Positions 21,000-31,700 of a stretch of DNA of 64,000 bases are shown piece after piece (positions within the stretch are counted from its first letter, which is position 1; the number at the start of each line of letters is the position of its first letter). Below the pieces are notes generated by a model. The model searched no databases and was not told where the DNA came from. It saw nothing but the letters and a program-made list of their open reading frames with translations. Origin of the DNA: an uncultured Megasphaera sp. (GTDB lineage Bacteria; Bacillota; Negativicutes; Veillonellales; Megasphaeraceae); NCBI GenBank assembly GCA_900554215.1, contig USGG01000004.1, forward strand, positions 937 through 64,936, written 5' to 3'. The position numbers were made by a program, and so were the translations under genes.

Positions 21000-22241
21000 T
21001 TATTTGAATAATTTTAAATCAGCAATACGTTTGACTGCTTCGATGGTGTTTTCCTTCGTGCCGAAGGCCGTCAGGCGCAGATAGCCTTCGCCGTGAGGAC
21101 CGAAGCCGGAGCCCGGCGTCGTGACGACGTGGGCCTTTTCCAGGAGCAGGTCGAAGAAATCCCAGCTCTTCATGCCGTTCGGCGTCTGTACCCAGGCATA
21201 GGGGGAGTTCGTCGCGCCGTATACCGTGAAGCCTGCCGCTACCAAACCGTCGCGGATGATGTGGGCGTTTTCCATGTAGTAGTTGACGTCGGCGAGGCAC
21301 TGCTTCTGGCCTTCCGGGCTGTAGTACGCTTCGGCGGCGCGCTGGATAACATAGGGCGTGCCGTTGAAGAAGGTGCACTGGCGGCGGTTCCACATGGGGT
21401 TCAGTTCGACTGCCGTGCCGTCGGCTTTATAGCCTACGCAGGCCTTCGGGACGACGACGTAAGAGCAGCGCGTGCCCGTAAAGCCGGCGCATTTGGAGTA
21501 CGAACGCAGTTCGATGGCGACTTCCTTAGCCCCTTCGATTTCAAAAATGCTGTGGGGAACGTCTGGTTCCGTAATATATGTTTCATAGGCCGAGTCGTAG
21601 ATGATGATGAATTTCTTTTCTTTCGCCGTCTTGACCCAGTTTTCCAGTTCGGCCTTGGACATGGCCGTGCCTGTCGGGTTGCTGGGGTTGCACAGGTATA
21701 CGATATCTACGTCTTCCGTCGGCGGTTCGGCCTTGAAGCCGTTTTCAGCCGTGCAGGGGAGATAGACGACGCCGTCGTAAATGCCCTTTTCGGCGTTCCA
21801 GTCGCCCGTATGGCCGAGCATGACGTTGGAGTCGAGGTAGACCGGGTATACCGGGTCGGCTACGGCGAATTTCAAATCGCTGCCGAAGATTTCCTGAATG
21901 CAGGCTACGTCGGTTTTTGCGCCGTCGCCGACGAATACTTCGTCGATGTCGAGGTCGATGCCGCGCGTCTTGTAGTCGCCGTCGATGATGGCCTGACGGA
22001 GGAAATCATATCCCTGTTCAGGGCCGTAGCCGCGGAACGTTTCGGCCTTGCCCATTTCGTCGACGGCCTTGTGCATCGCTTCGATGATGGCCGGAGCCAG
22101 GGGGCGCGTTACGTCGCCGATGCCGAGACGGATGATGTTTGCTTCGGGATGCGCTTTAGAAAAGGCTTCTACTTTTTTCGCAATCGTAGCGAATAAATAG
22201 TTGCCGGGGAGCTTTAAATAATTTTCATTTACATGAGCCAT
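21000..22241 (-). CDS. dapL: LL-diaminopimelate aminotransferase
   Basis: GNYLF, LGIGDVT, GYGPEQG, DPVYPVY, SYSKCAGFTGTR and TPGSGFG motifs. Confidence 0.95.
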   Translation of the reverse strand: MAHVNENYLKLPGNYLFATIAKKVEAFSKAHPEANIIRLGIGDVTRPLAPAIIEAMHKAVDEMGKAETFRGYGPEQGYDFLRQAIIDGDYKTRGIDLDIDEVFVGDGAKTDVACIQEIFGSDLKFAVADPVYPVYLDSNVMLGHTGDWNAEKGIYDGVVYLPCTAENGFKAEPPTEDVDIVYLCNPSNPTGTAMSKAELENWVKTAKEKKFIIIYDSAYETYITEPDVPHSIFEIEGAKEVAIELRSYSKCAGFTGTRCSYVVVPKACVGYKADGTAVELNPMWNRRQCTFFNGTPYVIQRAAEAYYSPEGQKQCLADVNYYMENAHIIRDGLVAAGFTVYGATNSPYAWVQTPNGMKSWDFFDLLLEKAHVVTTPGSGFGPHGEGYLRLTAFGTKENTIEAVKRIADLKLFK

Positions 22242-22438
22242 GATGCGGAGCCCTCCTTATATAGCTTCTAATCTATAGTATGATTTGCATAATCTTTTAC
22301 TATTGTACTACAATACGCAGTCCTTGCAAAGATTCGCCAAATAGGCTGGCTTATGATAAAATAAAATCATCATTATTCGATTCATAAATGAAACTATAGG
22401 GATGAAACAGTTTTTGTGATGTATGAGGAGATGAGGCG

Positions 22439-23014
22439 ATGAAGTTTGCGATTTTGATGGGGAGCCAGCGAAAGCACGGCAATACGGCCCAATGTCTGGA
22501 GCCTTTCTGCGACGAATTGAAACGGGGCGGCGCAGAATATACGCTGACCTGGCTGTACGACAAGAAGATAGAAGGCTGTCACGCCTGCCGCGGCTGCCAG
22601 AAGGACTGGTCTGATTTTAACTGCGTCATTGACGACGATATGACGGCCATCGCCGCCGATATAAAGGACAGCGACGTCATCGTCCTAGCGACGCCTATCT
22701 ATTCCTGGTACTGCACGGCGCCGATGAAAGCCCTGCTGGACCGCTGCGTATACGGCTTCAATAAATATTACGGCGACGAAGTAGGCCCGTCGCTGTGGGC
22801 CGGCAAGAAGGTCGCCGTCTTTACGACCTGCGGCTATAAGCCGGAGCACGGCGCGGACCTCTTCGCCGAAGGCGTACGGCGCTACTGCAAGCATTCCAGG
22901 CTCCGCTACGCCGGACTGTTTGCCGAGCGGCATTTGGGATATAAGACCGTATTCATGGACGAAGGAAAAGCGGAACGTGCCAGAGCCTTTGCCCGGCAGC
23001 TGCTGCAGGGATAA
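22439..23014 (+). CDS. Flavodoxin family protein (NAD(P)H-dependent FMN reductase / iron-sulfur flavoprotein-like)
   Basis: GSQRKHGNT, CxxCxxC...C and ATPIY motifs. Confidence 0.85.
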   Translation: MKFAILMGSQRKHGNTAQCLEPFCDELKRGGAEYTLTWLYDKKIEGCHACRGCQKDWSDFNCVIDDDMTAIAADIKDSDVIVLATPIYSWYCTAPMKALLDRCVYGFNKYYGDEVGPSLWAGKKVAVFTTCGYKPEHGADLFAEGVRRYCKHSRLRYAGLFAERHLGYKTVFMDEGKAERARAFARQLLQG

Positions 23015-23037
23015 GTGGCATATCGGGGCGCGGAGCA

Positions 23038-23066
23038 TTGACTTGCAGTGCGAGCCTTGTTATAAT
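23038..23066 (+). promoter_or_regulatory. SigA promoter of the putative antitoxin RNA
   Basis: TTGACT, 17 bp, TATAAT; no RBS-led ORF before the terminator. Confidence 0.8.
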
Positions 23067-23071
23067 GCAGT

Positions 23072-23146
23072 TAGGCAAGACTATATAGAGAGTGTTTTGC
23101 ACAGGTATGAAAAAGCCCATGAGATGGCGGTCTCATGGGCTTTTTG
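23072..23146 (+). ncRNA. Putative type I antitoxin sRNA (par RNA II-like)
   Basis: About 75 nt between a promoter and the terminator AAAAAGCCCATGAGA/TCTCATGGGCTTTTT; carries ATAGAGAGTGTTTTGCACAGG, complementary to the toxin start region. Confidence 0.7.
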
Positions 23147-23174
23147 ACATAATTACGGAAATGTCAATCCGAGA

Positions 23175-23282
23175 CTAGTTGCTCAGTAACTGGAAAAGCA
23201 TGTCTAGTCCTTTGCAAATGTAGTAGGCGGTTACATTTACCATGACAGCTTTCCAAAATAAATAGAGAGTGTTTTTTGGCAC
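23175..23282 (-). CDS. Putative type I toxin, Fst/Ldr-like 35-aa peptide MPKNTLYLFWKAVMVNVTAYYICKGLDMLFQLLSN
   Basis: Strong SD GGAAGGGGGTGA before GTG; one hydrophobic segment with an AYYICK.LD motif; extended -10 TGATATACT at 23330-23338; too short for the ORF track. Confidence 0.7.
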   Translation of the reverse strand: MPKNTLYLFWKAVMVNVTAYYICKGLDMLFQLLSN

Positions 23283-23515
23283 AGGCTTCACCCCCTTCCT
23301 GTTGCCAGGATGGAGCGAGCAACGGTCTTAGTATATCATGACGATTGCAGAATGCATAGCCTGATACATGGGAATCTATTCGCGCGCTGCATAACAAAAT
23401 GATTCGTTATGCCGAGGTCTTGTCTGTCTTCACGGAAGGCTGCTTTTGGCATATAATAATAGATGCCGCAGCAGGTAACATCTGCGGCGTATCTGGAGAG
23501 AAGGGATGCGAGAGC

Positions 23516-24037
23516 ATGAAGTATAGGGAACAAAATTGTCTCATTGCGTATTTTTCTCACGCCGGCCAAAACTATGCCAGCGGGAAATTAGTCGATCTGA
23601 CTGTCGGCAATACGGAGCGGGTGGCCCGCATGATACGGCAGTATACGGGGGGCGCGTTGTTCCATATACGGCGCGATATTCCCTATCCGTACGATTATAA
23701 AGAACCCGTAGCCGCCGCCAGACAGGAAAAGGCCGACGGCGCCCGCCCGGCCCTGGAACGGCAGCTGGACAGCATTGCGCCGTACGACGTCGTGTTCCTG
23801 GGCTATCCGAACTGGTGCGGCACGATGCCCATGGCCGTGTGGACCTTCCTCGAATCCCATGACTTCGGCGGAAAACTCATCATGCCCTTCTGCACTCACG
23901 AAGGCAGCGGCTGGGGCACCAGCTTGCAGGATTTGCACGACCTGTGCCCGACGGCGACGATTGGGCAGGGGCTGACGCTGTTCGGCACGACGATTCTCGA
24001 TGCCGAAGACGACGTGCGCCGCTGGCTTCAGCAGTAA
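23516..24037 (+). CDS. Flavodoxin
   Basis: IAYFSHAG..GNT, FLGYPNWCGTMP and PFCTHEGSG motifs; AAGGGA RBS before ATG 23516. Confidence 0.88.
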   Translation: MKYREQNCLIAYFSHAGQNYASGKLVDLTVGNTERVARMIRQYTGGALFHIRRDIPYPYDYKEPVAAARQEKADGARPALERQLDSIAPYDVVFLGYPNWCGTMPMAVWTFLESHDFGGKLIMPFCTHEGSGWGTSLQDLHDLCPTATIGQGLTLFGTTILDAEDDVRRWLQQ

Positions 24038-24068
24038 ACGGCCCGTATACATTTAAAATAAGACATAA

Positions 24069-24113
24069 TAAGAGCGCAGCTTTGTGGAATAGCTCACAGA
24101 GCTGCGCTTTTTA
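24069..24113 (+). terminator. Intrinsic terminator after the flavodoxin gene
   Basis: AGCGCAGCTTTGTG/CACAGAGCTGCGCT followed by a T run. Confidence 0.75.
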
Positions 24114-24378
24114 TAGTATCGTAACCATTTTATAAAAGCCTTTATCCCATCATCATATATTAGCAAATATAGTTAGATTAATCAAACAACTATTTTGGTT
24201 ATCGCTGCTTTTGTTTGCTTAATGCGGCGGAATTTAGATTAATTTTTTGATAAATAAAGAAATAAGCAAAGAAAAAACAAAATAAGCAAAAAATAAGCTA
24301 ACAATTTTGCTGAAATCATTTGCTGATTTCGTGTATTTGTTAGCTTATTTGAATTATTGTGAAAGAATTTGCAGCATG

Positions 24379-26675
24379 TCAGCCTGCCGGATGATTGGAC
24401 ATGTAGTGCGACAAGGCCGCGCGGTTGGTAATGCCCAGCTTTTTGTATATTTGGCTCAGCGTTTTCTTTACGGTCACTTCGGCGATGTTTAGTTGTCCGG
24501 CGATGGCCTTGTTGGTCAGTCCGGTAGCGACCATAGCGGCGACTTCTTGTTCCCGCTTGGATAAGGGCAGGGCCGGCTTGGCGAGAGCCGTGCGCAGCGT
24601 CGACAGAGGATCGGCCAGGGAAAGGCCTTGCGCCTGTTCAATAAAGGGCGCTGCCGCTGCGTCGGAACAGAGCCGTTTCATCGTCTGCGGCAAGTATTCG
24701 GCGTGTTCGGCGAAGGGCATGACGAGATGGTCGGGCTGGGCCAGTACGACGGCCTGCTTCAATGCCGTTGTCGCTCCGTCTATGTTGCCGGCGTGCTCGT
24801 AGACGCAGGCGAGAAGAATCGATTCGTAAATCGCCGGCAATATGTACTGCGAGGCCATAGCCGTTTTATAATGGTCCGTCGCCTGCAGCAGGAGCTGAGG
24901 AAATTCTCCGCGGCTCAGCAGGACCTTATCCTGTATGACGGCGGCTATCGGCGCGATGGGATAATAACAGCCATTTACGTCTATCGGGGGGGGGGTGAGG
25001 TGTATAAGGGCACAGAAGCCGACGAACTGTTCAGCATCGACTGGAGGAAGGCTTCGCATAGGTGCTTTACAGCCGTGCCGCATTGCGGGTAGACCTGGAG
25101 CTTCAGCGAGTGCAGACGCTGTATTTCTTTCTGCAGCGCTGCGGCGTCGCCGCGGCAAAGGGCCAGGCGAGCTAAATAAAAATGAGCCGTTTGCAGATGG
25201 GAAATGCATTTCGGCACGATAGAATTGGCATGAACGTACTGGGTCAGCGTCTGTTCCGCCTCGTCGAGACGTCCTGTCAGGTATTCGTATTCGCCGCGGA
25301 TAAAATCGGTCTGACACGGAAAGACGTCGGCGTGAATCAGCCGTATATAAGAGACAGTAAATTGCCGCAGCCCTTCCGCCGTTTGTTTCAGTTGTCCCGG
25401 CAGGGAATGATAGAGGGACAATGGCGACGGCGAGCCGAAGGTCCAGGGCAGGATGAGGTCGTGCGGCGACGGGAGAAGCTCCCGGGCGCGCTGGACGTGC
25501 TTCGTCATAGCGGAAAGATCCGGGTACGAGCAGAAACCTTTCATCACCTCGGCATAGGCCGCGTAGTACAGGCGTTGGGCGGCGTCGGCGAATTCCGTCT
25601 CGACGCAGTCCGCCAGAACGGAAAGATATTTGACAGCGAGGAGCCGCTTGCCGCAGCGGAAGGCGTATAAGACGCAGTAAAAGCAGCCTTCCAGATGAGC
25701 GGCCCGCTCTGCGGCGGAAGCGTGCTGCAGCGTATCGGCTGCGACGTCATGGGCGAAGCCGTATAGGCTTTCCCGGCCGCCTTGCTCGATTGCCGTCAGG
25801 ACCGTATCGTAATTGCCGGCGCGGCGGGCCAGGACGATGGCCTGCTTATAGTCGCCTTCCTGCAGGTACCAGTGCGCCGCCCGGAGCTGCTGCGCCTGCT
25901 GCCAGCGGCGGCTTTTCCGTGAAAAGACGTAGTGCAGATACGAGGCCAGCAGGGGATGGAAGGAATAGGTCCCGTCATGGTAATCGAAATATAAGAAGGG
26001 ATTTCGCTCCACCTCGGCGTCGAGAAGATCCTTGGCGCGGGGCGAATCCATCACATAGGACGCCAGCTCTCCCGTAAAGGATGGAAAGAGGGACAGGGCC
26101 AGAAAGAGATTTTTTCCCGCTGCGTCGAGATTGGCAAAGGCATTTCGTTTTATGTAGCTGTACAGCTGGTACTTGTCCTGTGTCGTCAGGACGTTTTCTC
26201 CATCTGCTTCGGCGCGCTGCTGGAAGTTGTGCATACCGTACTCCACGGCGAACAGCTCCTGGTCGTTCAGGCGGTTATAGGCGACGGAATTATTCAGGTA
26301 GATGATTTCCCAGCCGTCATCGCAACGCTGCGTTTTTTGAAAAATAAAGACGCAGCGCTGGTATTCGTGGATAAACATGTTGTAGGACGGGTCCGTCGTG
26401 ATGCCGGAGCAAATCTGGCAGAGCCACGTCGTATCGCTCAGCGGGCGGACGGTGTACTCCTCGTTGCTGATGCGGCAGGGGACGCGCTGGCTGTGGCCGC
26501 GGCGGAGGGCCTCCGTGACGGCTTTATAGCCTGTGAGCTGCATATGCTTTCCCGCGCCGGCCCAGATGACGTCGTCCGATAAATGAGAAAAGAGCGGCGT
26601 CAAGTCCAGTTCTTCAAAATACGCCGTCATAATTCGTTTGCTTAGCTGCAATATAAGGGCTTCTTCCGTCATCAT
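24379..26675 (-). pseudogene. NTF2/SnoaL-like + MalT-like TPR + LuxR HTH regulator, frameshifted at a C10 tract
   Basis: The 564-aa ORF ends ...YTSPPPR* just after the G10 run at 24986-24995 (+ strand). The neighbouring frame continues PIDVNG...LSKREQEVAAMVATGLTNKAIAGQLNIAEVTVKKTLSQIYKKLGI (LuxR HTH). C11 restores a 765-aa ORF. Confidence 0.85.
24986..24995. repeat. G10/C10 homopolymer at the frameshift point
   Basis: ctatcGGGGGGGGGGtgagg. Confidence 0.95.
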
Positions 26676-27042
26676 GCAAGCACCCCCTTCATAGGCAGAT
26701 AGATAGATTCATGGAAACACCCCGAAACAACATAGGAAAAACTAAAAGTAATTACATTATAATACGGAATAAGATCCTAGGAAATATACTTTTCACAATT
26801 TTATAAATATTTAATGAGCTTTGTGCGAAAAGAGAGAAAGAAATTCGCCGGACCTCGTTTTTTATTAAAGTATATACTTTTGTATAATATATTTACCTTA
26901 GTACCTTTCTTTATAATATAAGTTGAAAAAGTATATGACTGCACGAACTGCGGAGCAGTTAGCAAAAAGTTTTGCATGACGCATAAAAAGTTGTTATAAA
27001 GAATAAAAATACAATAAAAGACCATAGAAACAGGAGGTTTAC

Positions 27043-28707
27043 ATGACGATGAAAGTCTGGACTAAATATATATCAGTTATCATTGCCTCCAGCGTGCTCC
27101 TTGGGGGTCACGCATGGGCTGTCGAATTGCCGCCGGCAAATGAGCTGGCCGGGATGAATGATTCGGGCGTGCAACTGAGCCGAACGCGGCAGTATCTGGA
27201 ATGGCAGCGGACGATGCAGCGCATTTCCGAAGGCCGCGAAGCGAGACAAGTAGAAGACCAACGGGAAGCGATGCCGGAAGATACGTCGAAAGCCGTCCGC
27301 TTTCAACTGAACGACATTATCGTCGACAAGTCTGACGTACTGAGCAGCGAAGAAGTACAGGCCGTGACGGCGTCCTATATCGGCAAAGAAGTTTCCATAC
27401 AGGACTTATATGCCATTGTAGAACAGATCAACGAACTGTACAGCAAAAAAGGCTACATGACCTGCCGGGCCTACTTAGCCCCGCAGACCATTAAGGGCGG
27501 CGTCGTTCATATCAGCGTCGTCGAAGGTAAGACCGGCACCGTAACGGTACAGGGAAACGACTCGACTAGGGAAGATTACATTCGAAACCGCATCGCTATT
27601 GAAGAAGGAAAGATAACTAATGTTTCCGACGTCAATAAAGATCTCCTGCGGTTCAACGCGACGAACGATGCGCAGCTGCGCATCGCCATGAAAGCCGGCG
27701 AGACCTATGGCACGACGGACTACGTCATTACGGCCTATGAGCCGCAGCAGCAGATTTTCGGCCTCTTTTCCGACAATGCCGGCAGCGAGACGAGCGGTCT
27801 GTACCGCGGCGGCATGTTCTGGCAGGCCCGGAGCCTGACGGGTGTCCGAGATTCTCTCATGATGACCTCGGTCTTTTCCGAAGGCACGAAATCCTTTGGC
27901 TTGTCCTACTCCCTTCCCATCAACCGCAATGGGACGAAGCTGGGGATCAGCTACAGCACCAACAGCGTCCACATTACGGACGGGCCTCTGGAAGACCTGG
28001 ACGTCAAGGGCCATTCCTACGCTTACGGCATTTCTCTGACCCAGCCCCTCATGACGACGGAAACGGTGAAGTCTGAGATGGGCCTGGAATACGGCTACCA
28101 AAATTCGAAAACCGATTTTATGGGCATGCACTGGATCGACGATACCGTCAAGGGCTGGTCCTTGTTCTTCGACCAAATTGACTACGGCCGGACGACGATT
28201 TTCTATCAGAAACACGCCTATCGCGTCGGTGATTACGACGACATTGCCGGCAACACGCAGCATTTCGGCAAATATTACTTCAATACCTTATATCAAAAGG
28301 CCTTTCCGTCGGGGCAAATGATTACGGCACGCCTGGACGGACAGCTCAGCAGCACCCAATACCTGCCGTCGGCTGAACAATTCTACATAGGCGGCATGTA
28401 CAGCGTCCGCGGCTATACGGAAAGCTTGCTCGGCGGCGACAGCGGCGTCATGGGAAGCATTGAATATACCATTCCTCTTACTTCGTCCAGGAAGACAGAT
28501 GCCTACGTATTTCTCGATGGCGGCCGCGTCTGGGGCGAAAGCGCCTATGACGATACGCTTCTCGTTGGCACGGGATTTGGCATCAAGACGGCTATTGGCG
28601 ACCATATGTCAATAAATGTTGGCATGGGCTTCCCTCTCATTCGCACGGTCAATGATGAAGAACAAAGCCGGGCGAGAGTTCATTTTTCCTTCAACAGTCA
28701 GTTCTGA
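27043..28707 (+). CDS. TpsB outer-membrane transporter (ShlB/FhaC/LktB family)
   Basis: Signal peptide, POTRA region (INELYSKKGY..RAYLAPQTI..GVVHISVVEG), DNAG, IGGMYSVRGY loop motif and a C-terminal Phe. Confidence 0.92.
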   Translation: MTMKVWTKYISVIIASSVLLGGHAWAVELPPANELAGMNDSGVQLSRTRQYLEWQRTMQRISEGREARQVEDQREAMPEDTSKAVRFQLNDIIVDKSDVLSSEEVQAVTASYIGKEVSIQDLYAIVEQINELYSKKGYMTCRAYLAPQTIKGGVVHISVVEGKTGTVTVQGNDSTREDYIRNRIAIEEGKITNVSDVNKDLLRFNATNDAQLRIAMKAGETYGTTDYVITAYEPQQQIFGLFSDNAGSETSGLYRGGMFWQARSLTGVRDSLMMTSVFSEGTKSFGLSYSLPINRNGTKLGISYSTNSVHITDGPLEDLDVKGHSYAYGISLTQPLMTTETVKSEMGLEYGYQNSKTDFMGMHWIDDTVKGWSLFFDQIDYGRTTIFYQKHAYRVGDYDDIAGNTQHFGKYYFNTLYQKAFPSGQMITARLDGQLSSTQYLPSAEQFYIGGMYSVRGYTESLLGGDSGVMGSIEYTIPLTSSRKTDAYVFLDGGRVWGESAYDDTLLVGTGFGIKTAIGDHMSINVGMGFPLIRTVNDEEQSRARVHFSFNSQF

Positions 28708-28732
28708 TACAGATACGTGAGGAGGCAGGACG

Positions 28733-31700
28733 ATGAAATACATACGACAATTTACGCGCAAACAAGAGCGTAACCAGCTGAAAACTTTAGAACAGCAAAA
28801 ACACGACCTCGACTTGGCAAGAAAGGTCCTGACGGCCGTCACAGCTTTTAGCTTTATCGGTAATCCCTTCGCGGCTATGGCGTCGGAGATTGTACGCGTA
28901 GACGGCGGTCTTACGGAACAAAATGGCAATGTACACAATATTTATGCCGGCCAAATAGTAGGAAAGAGTACGGCTGTCAACCGGTTTGATAAATTCAACG
29001 TCACGGCCGGCGATATTGCCAACATGTATTTCCAGCAAAAAGGTGGAACTTGGCAAGATAACTTGGTTAACTTCGTCAACAGCCGTATCGACGTGCACGG
29101 TACGCTCAATGCCATCAAAGAAAATAAAATCGGAGGGAATTTATTCTTCCTAAGCCCGGAAGGCATGGCCGTAGGAAAATCCGGTGTTATCAACGTCGGT
29201 TCACTATATGTTATGACACCTGCAAAGGTATCTTTAGATGAAACTGCGCATACGTATCATGGATTATCTGATTTAATTGAAACCGATACAGAAGATGCGC
29301 TCAATCGCATGATGACCCTTAATATTCCTGTGAATTCCAGCGGAACAATCAGCGTATTAGGGAAAATTAATTCCGTCGGCGACGTTAAAATGGCAGCGGC
29401 TAAAATTGCTGTTGGAAAGAACGTCAGCGGAGAAGATTGGGCTGATGGGACTAAAAATGGAGAAATTGTAAAGGGTGCTGTAATCCGTACAGGCAATGGG
29501 ACGGAATTTAATTTTTCTGATCTTGTAAATATCAAAGACGTTACTAGCGGCAAGGTGGTTGTCGACGCCGGATTGGGAAATACGTTGGCGGCGATAGAAA
29601 GCGGTAACGGCGATATCATGCTGTTTGCTAAAGCGGAAGATAAAAATACGGACTATTCAGATTTTAAAGAATTAGGACAAAAACTTTTAGATATTACCGT
29701 AGATTTTGACTTGCCAAAGACTATTGAAGCATCTGTTGAAAATTACGGCACTATTAACGCTAAAGGCGACGCTGTTTTGAAATCGGAAGCTACGAATGGT
29801 AATAAAGATTGGGCGGAGGAAACGTTAGATCAAAATACTCCTAATGGCGTAAATAATCCCGACTATGTGCCTGTGCCGGCGGCAGACGCAGATAATTATG
29901 TTCAAGTTATCGCAAACGTAAACGTACAAGGAGATATTACGGCTGGCGGCGATGTAGAACTTATTGCCGATGCTGATAATACGTATGTAGACAACGGCAC
30001 AGCTCTTACTGATAACGTAGGGAAGATTTTGGGAACGGCTATTACGCCGATGGCCGCCAACGTTATGATTTTAAGCAACAAAGCACAAGTTACAGTTGGT
30101 AAGGATGCCGATGTCACGGCAGGGGGGACGGTTGACGTTCATGCCAACGCAGTCCTCGACGGCACGGCCGGTGCTGCGGCTAATGGTCGTAAATTGATTA
30201 AATTAACTCCTGATGCTATTCCTTCGGCAGCTGTCGGCTATGCAAACGCCGAAAACAGTGCGACCGTGAATATTGAAGGAACGCTTACCGCTAAGGGAGA
30301 AAATGTAAAAGATAAGACAGATACAGTAACGAATCCGGCAGTCAATATATCGGCTTATGCTGAAGAGAATTTGAGCAATTCAGCTACGCTGAATCTGAAA
30401 TCTGGACTTGCAGGTGCAGGGACGTCTGCTTTAGCTGCAGCTGTTGCTGTAAGCGACAGCGCGAATACGGCTGAAGTTACGATTGATGGTGTAATACAAG
30501 CGGATAATGGCGATGTTGCTGTCAAAGCTGATACGAAAAATTTGCTGGCGGCGAATGCGGCGACGAATGCTCCTGACGATACGACCGGCTCTACGGCAGT
30601 CAACGTCATGACTCATGAAGGACAGGCTAATATTGTTATCAATGGGGATATTACGGCGCAGAACGTAGATATCGACGCGACGAATTACATTGACGAAAAC
30701 ACGATAACAGCTAATAATTCCTTGGGAATGGGAAAACTCATGGCAGAGGCTATGAACGCTGCAAATGTTGGAGGAATTACAGATGCCCTCAAACAGAATC
30801 CATTAGTAAAAAGTATAATAAATAAAGATGGGACTGCTACAGCAGATAAACCTGGCCTTTTCAAGCAGCTCAGTGAAAAGTTGGCTGTTGGAGCAGCTAT
30901 TGTCGTTGCCGATGAAACCAATTCTGCCAACGTTACGTTTGGAAAAACAGCCGATGTTACAGCGACGTCAGGAAACGTCCGAGCTGATGCCGACGTGAAT
31001 ATATATGATTCTCATATATACGCTTCCGGCACGGCTAATTCATACAAAAAGAGCGAAAGTGGTTCGACCGATACGGTAACTGTCGGTGCCGGCGTTGTCT
31101 ATGCTGGTATGAATAATACAGCTTCTGTCGTCTTTGAAGACGACTCGGATGCAAGTGCCGATGAAAGCCATGCAAGTATCACGGCGGCTAAAGATATTAC
31201 TATCACGAGCGGTACGACCATAGAATACCATCGGCCGGAACGGATTAAACGTGAAATCGATAGAAGTATAGAAAATCTAAAATATGCAGTAGAAGCAATC
31301 AAAAATTTGCCAGAATATGAAGAAGAAAAATATAAAGAGATTATTGACGGACTGAAAAATTTGCAAGAGAAGTTAACGAATTATGCCAAGGCGTACAGTA
31401 CGGAATTTATGGATGCTGTCAATAATCCTGATGCTATTACGGCAGAAGGAACGGCAAACCGGATTTTTGATGCTGCTGCCGGTGCAGTTGGCATTTATAA
31501 CGATGTCATGGATCTGCAGCAAAATGCCAATGATATATTGGATGTCACCAGCCCCTTTGGCGCTGTCGTGAGCAACGCTCTCGGCGTCGTAACCAATGCT
31601 GTGGCCTTCACCGATCCGAACAATTATGCCAACGTTGCGGCCTCCTCCTCGTCTAAAGGCGGTCAGGATAGTACTAAGCTAGCTGTTGCCGGTTCTGTAA

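Noticed and set aside
23164..23397. 77-aa minus-strand ORF in the ORF track
   Set aside because: No RBS; the strong SD points to the 35-aa peptide in another frame (23282-23175)
24379..25317. 312-aa ORF as a stand-alone LuxR gene
   Set aside because: Its first ~110 codons are out-of-frame overlap with the upstream ORF; only the part after the C tract looks like protein, so it is the 3' half of one frameshifted gene
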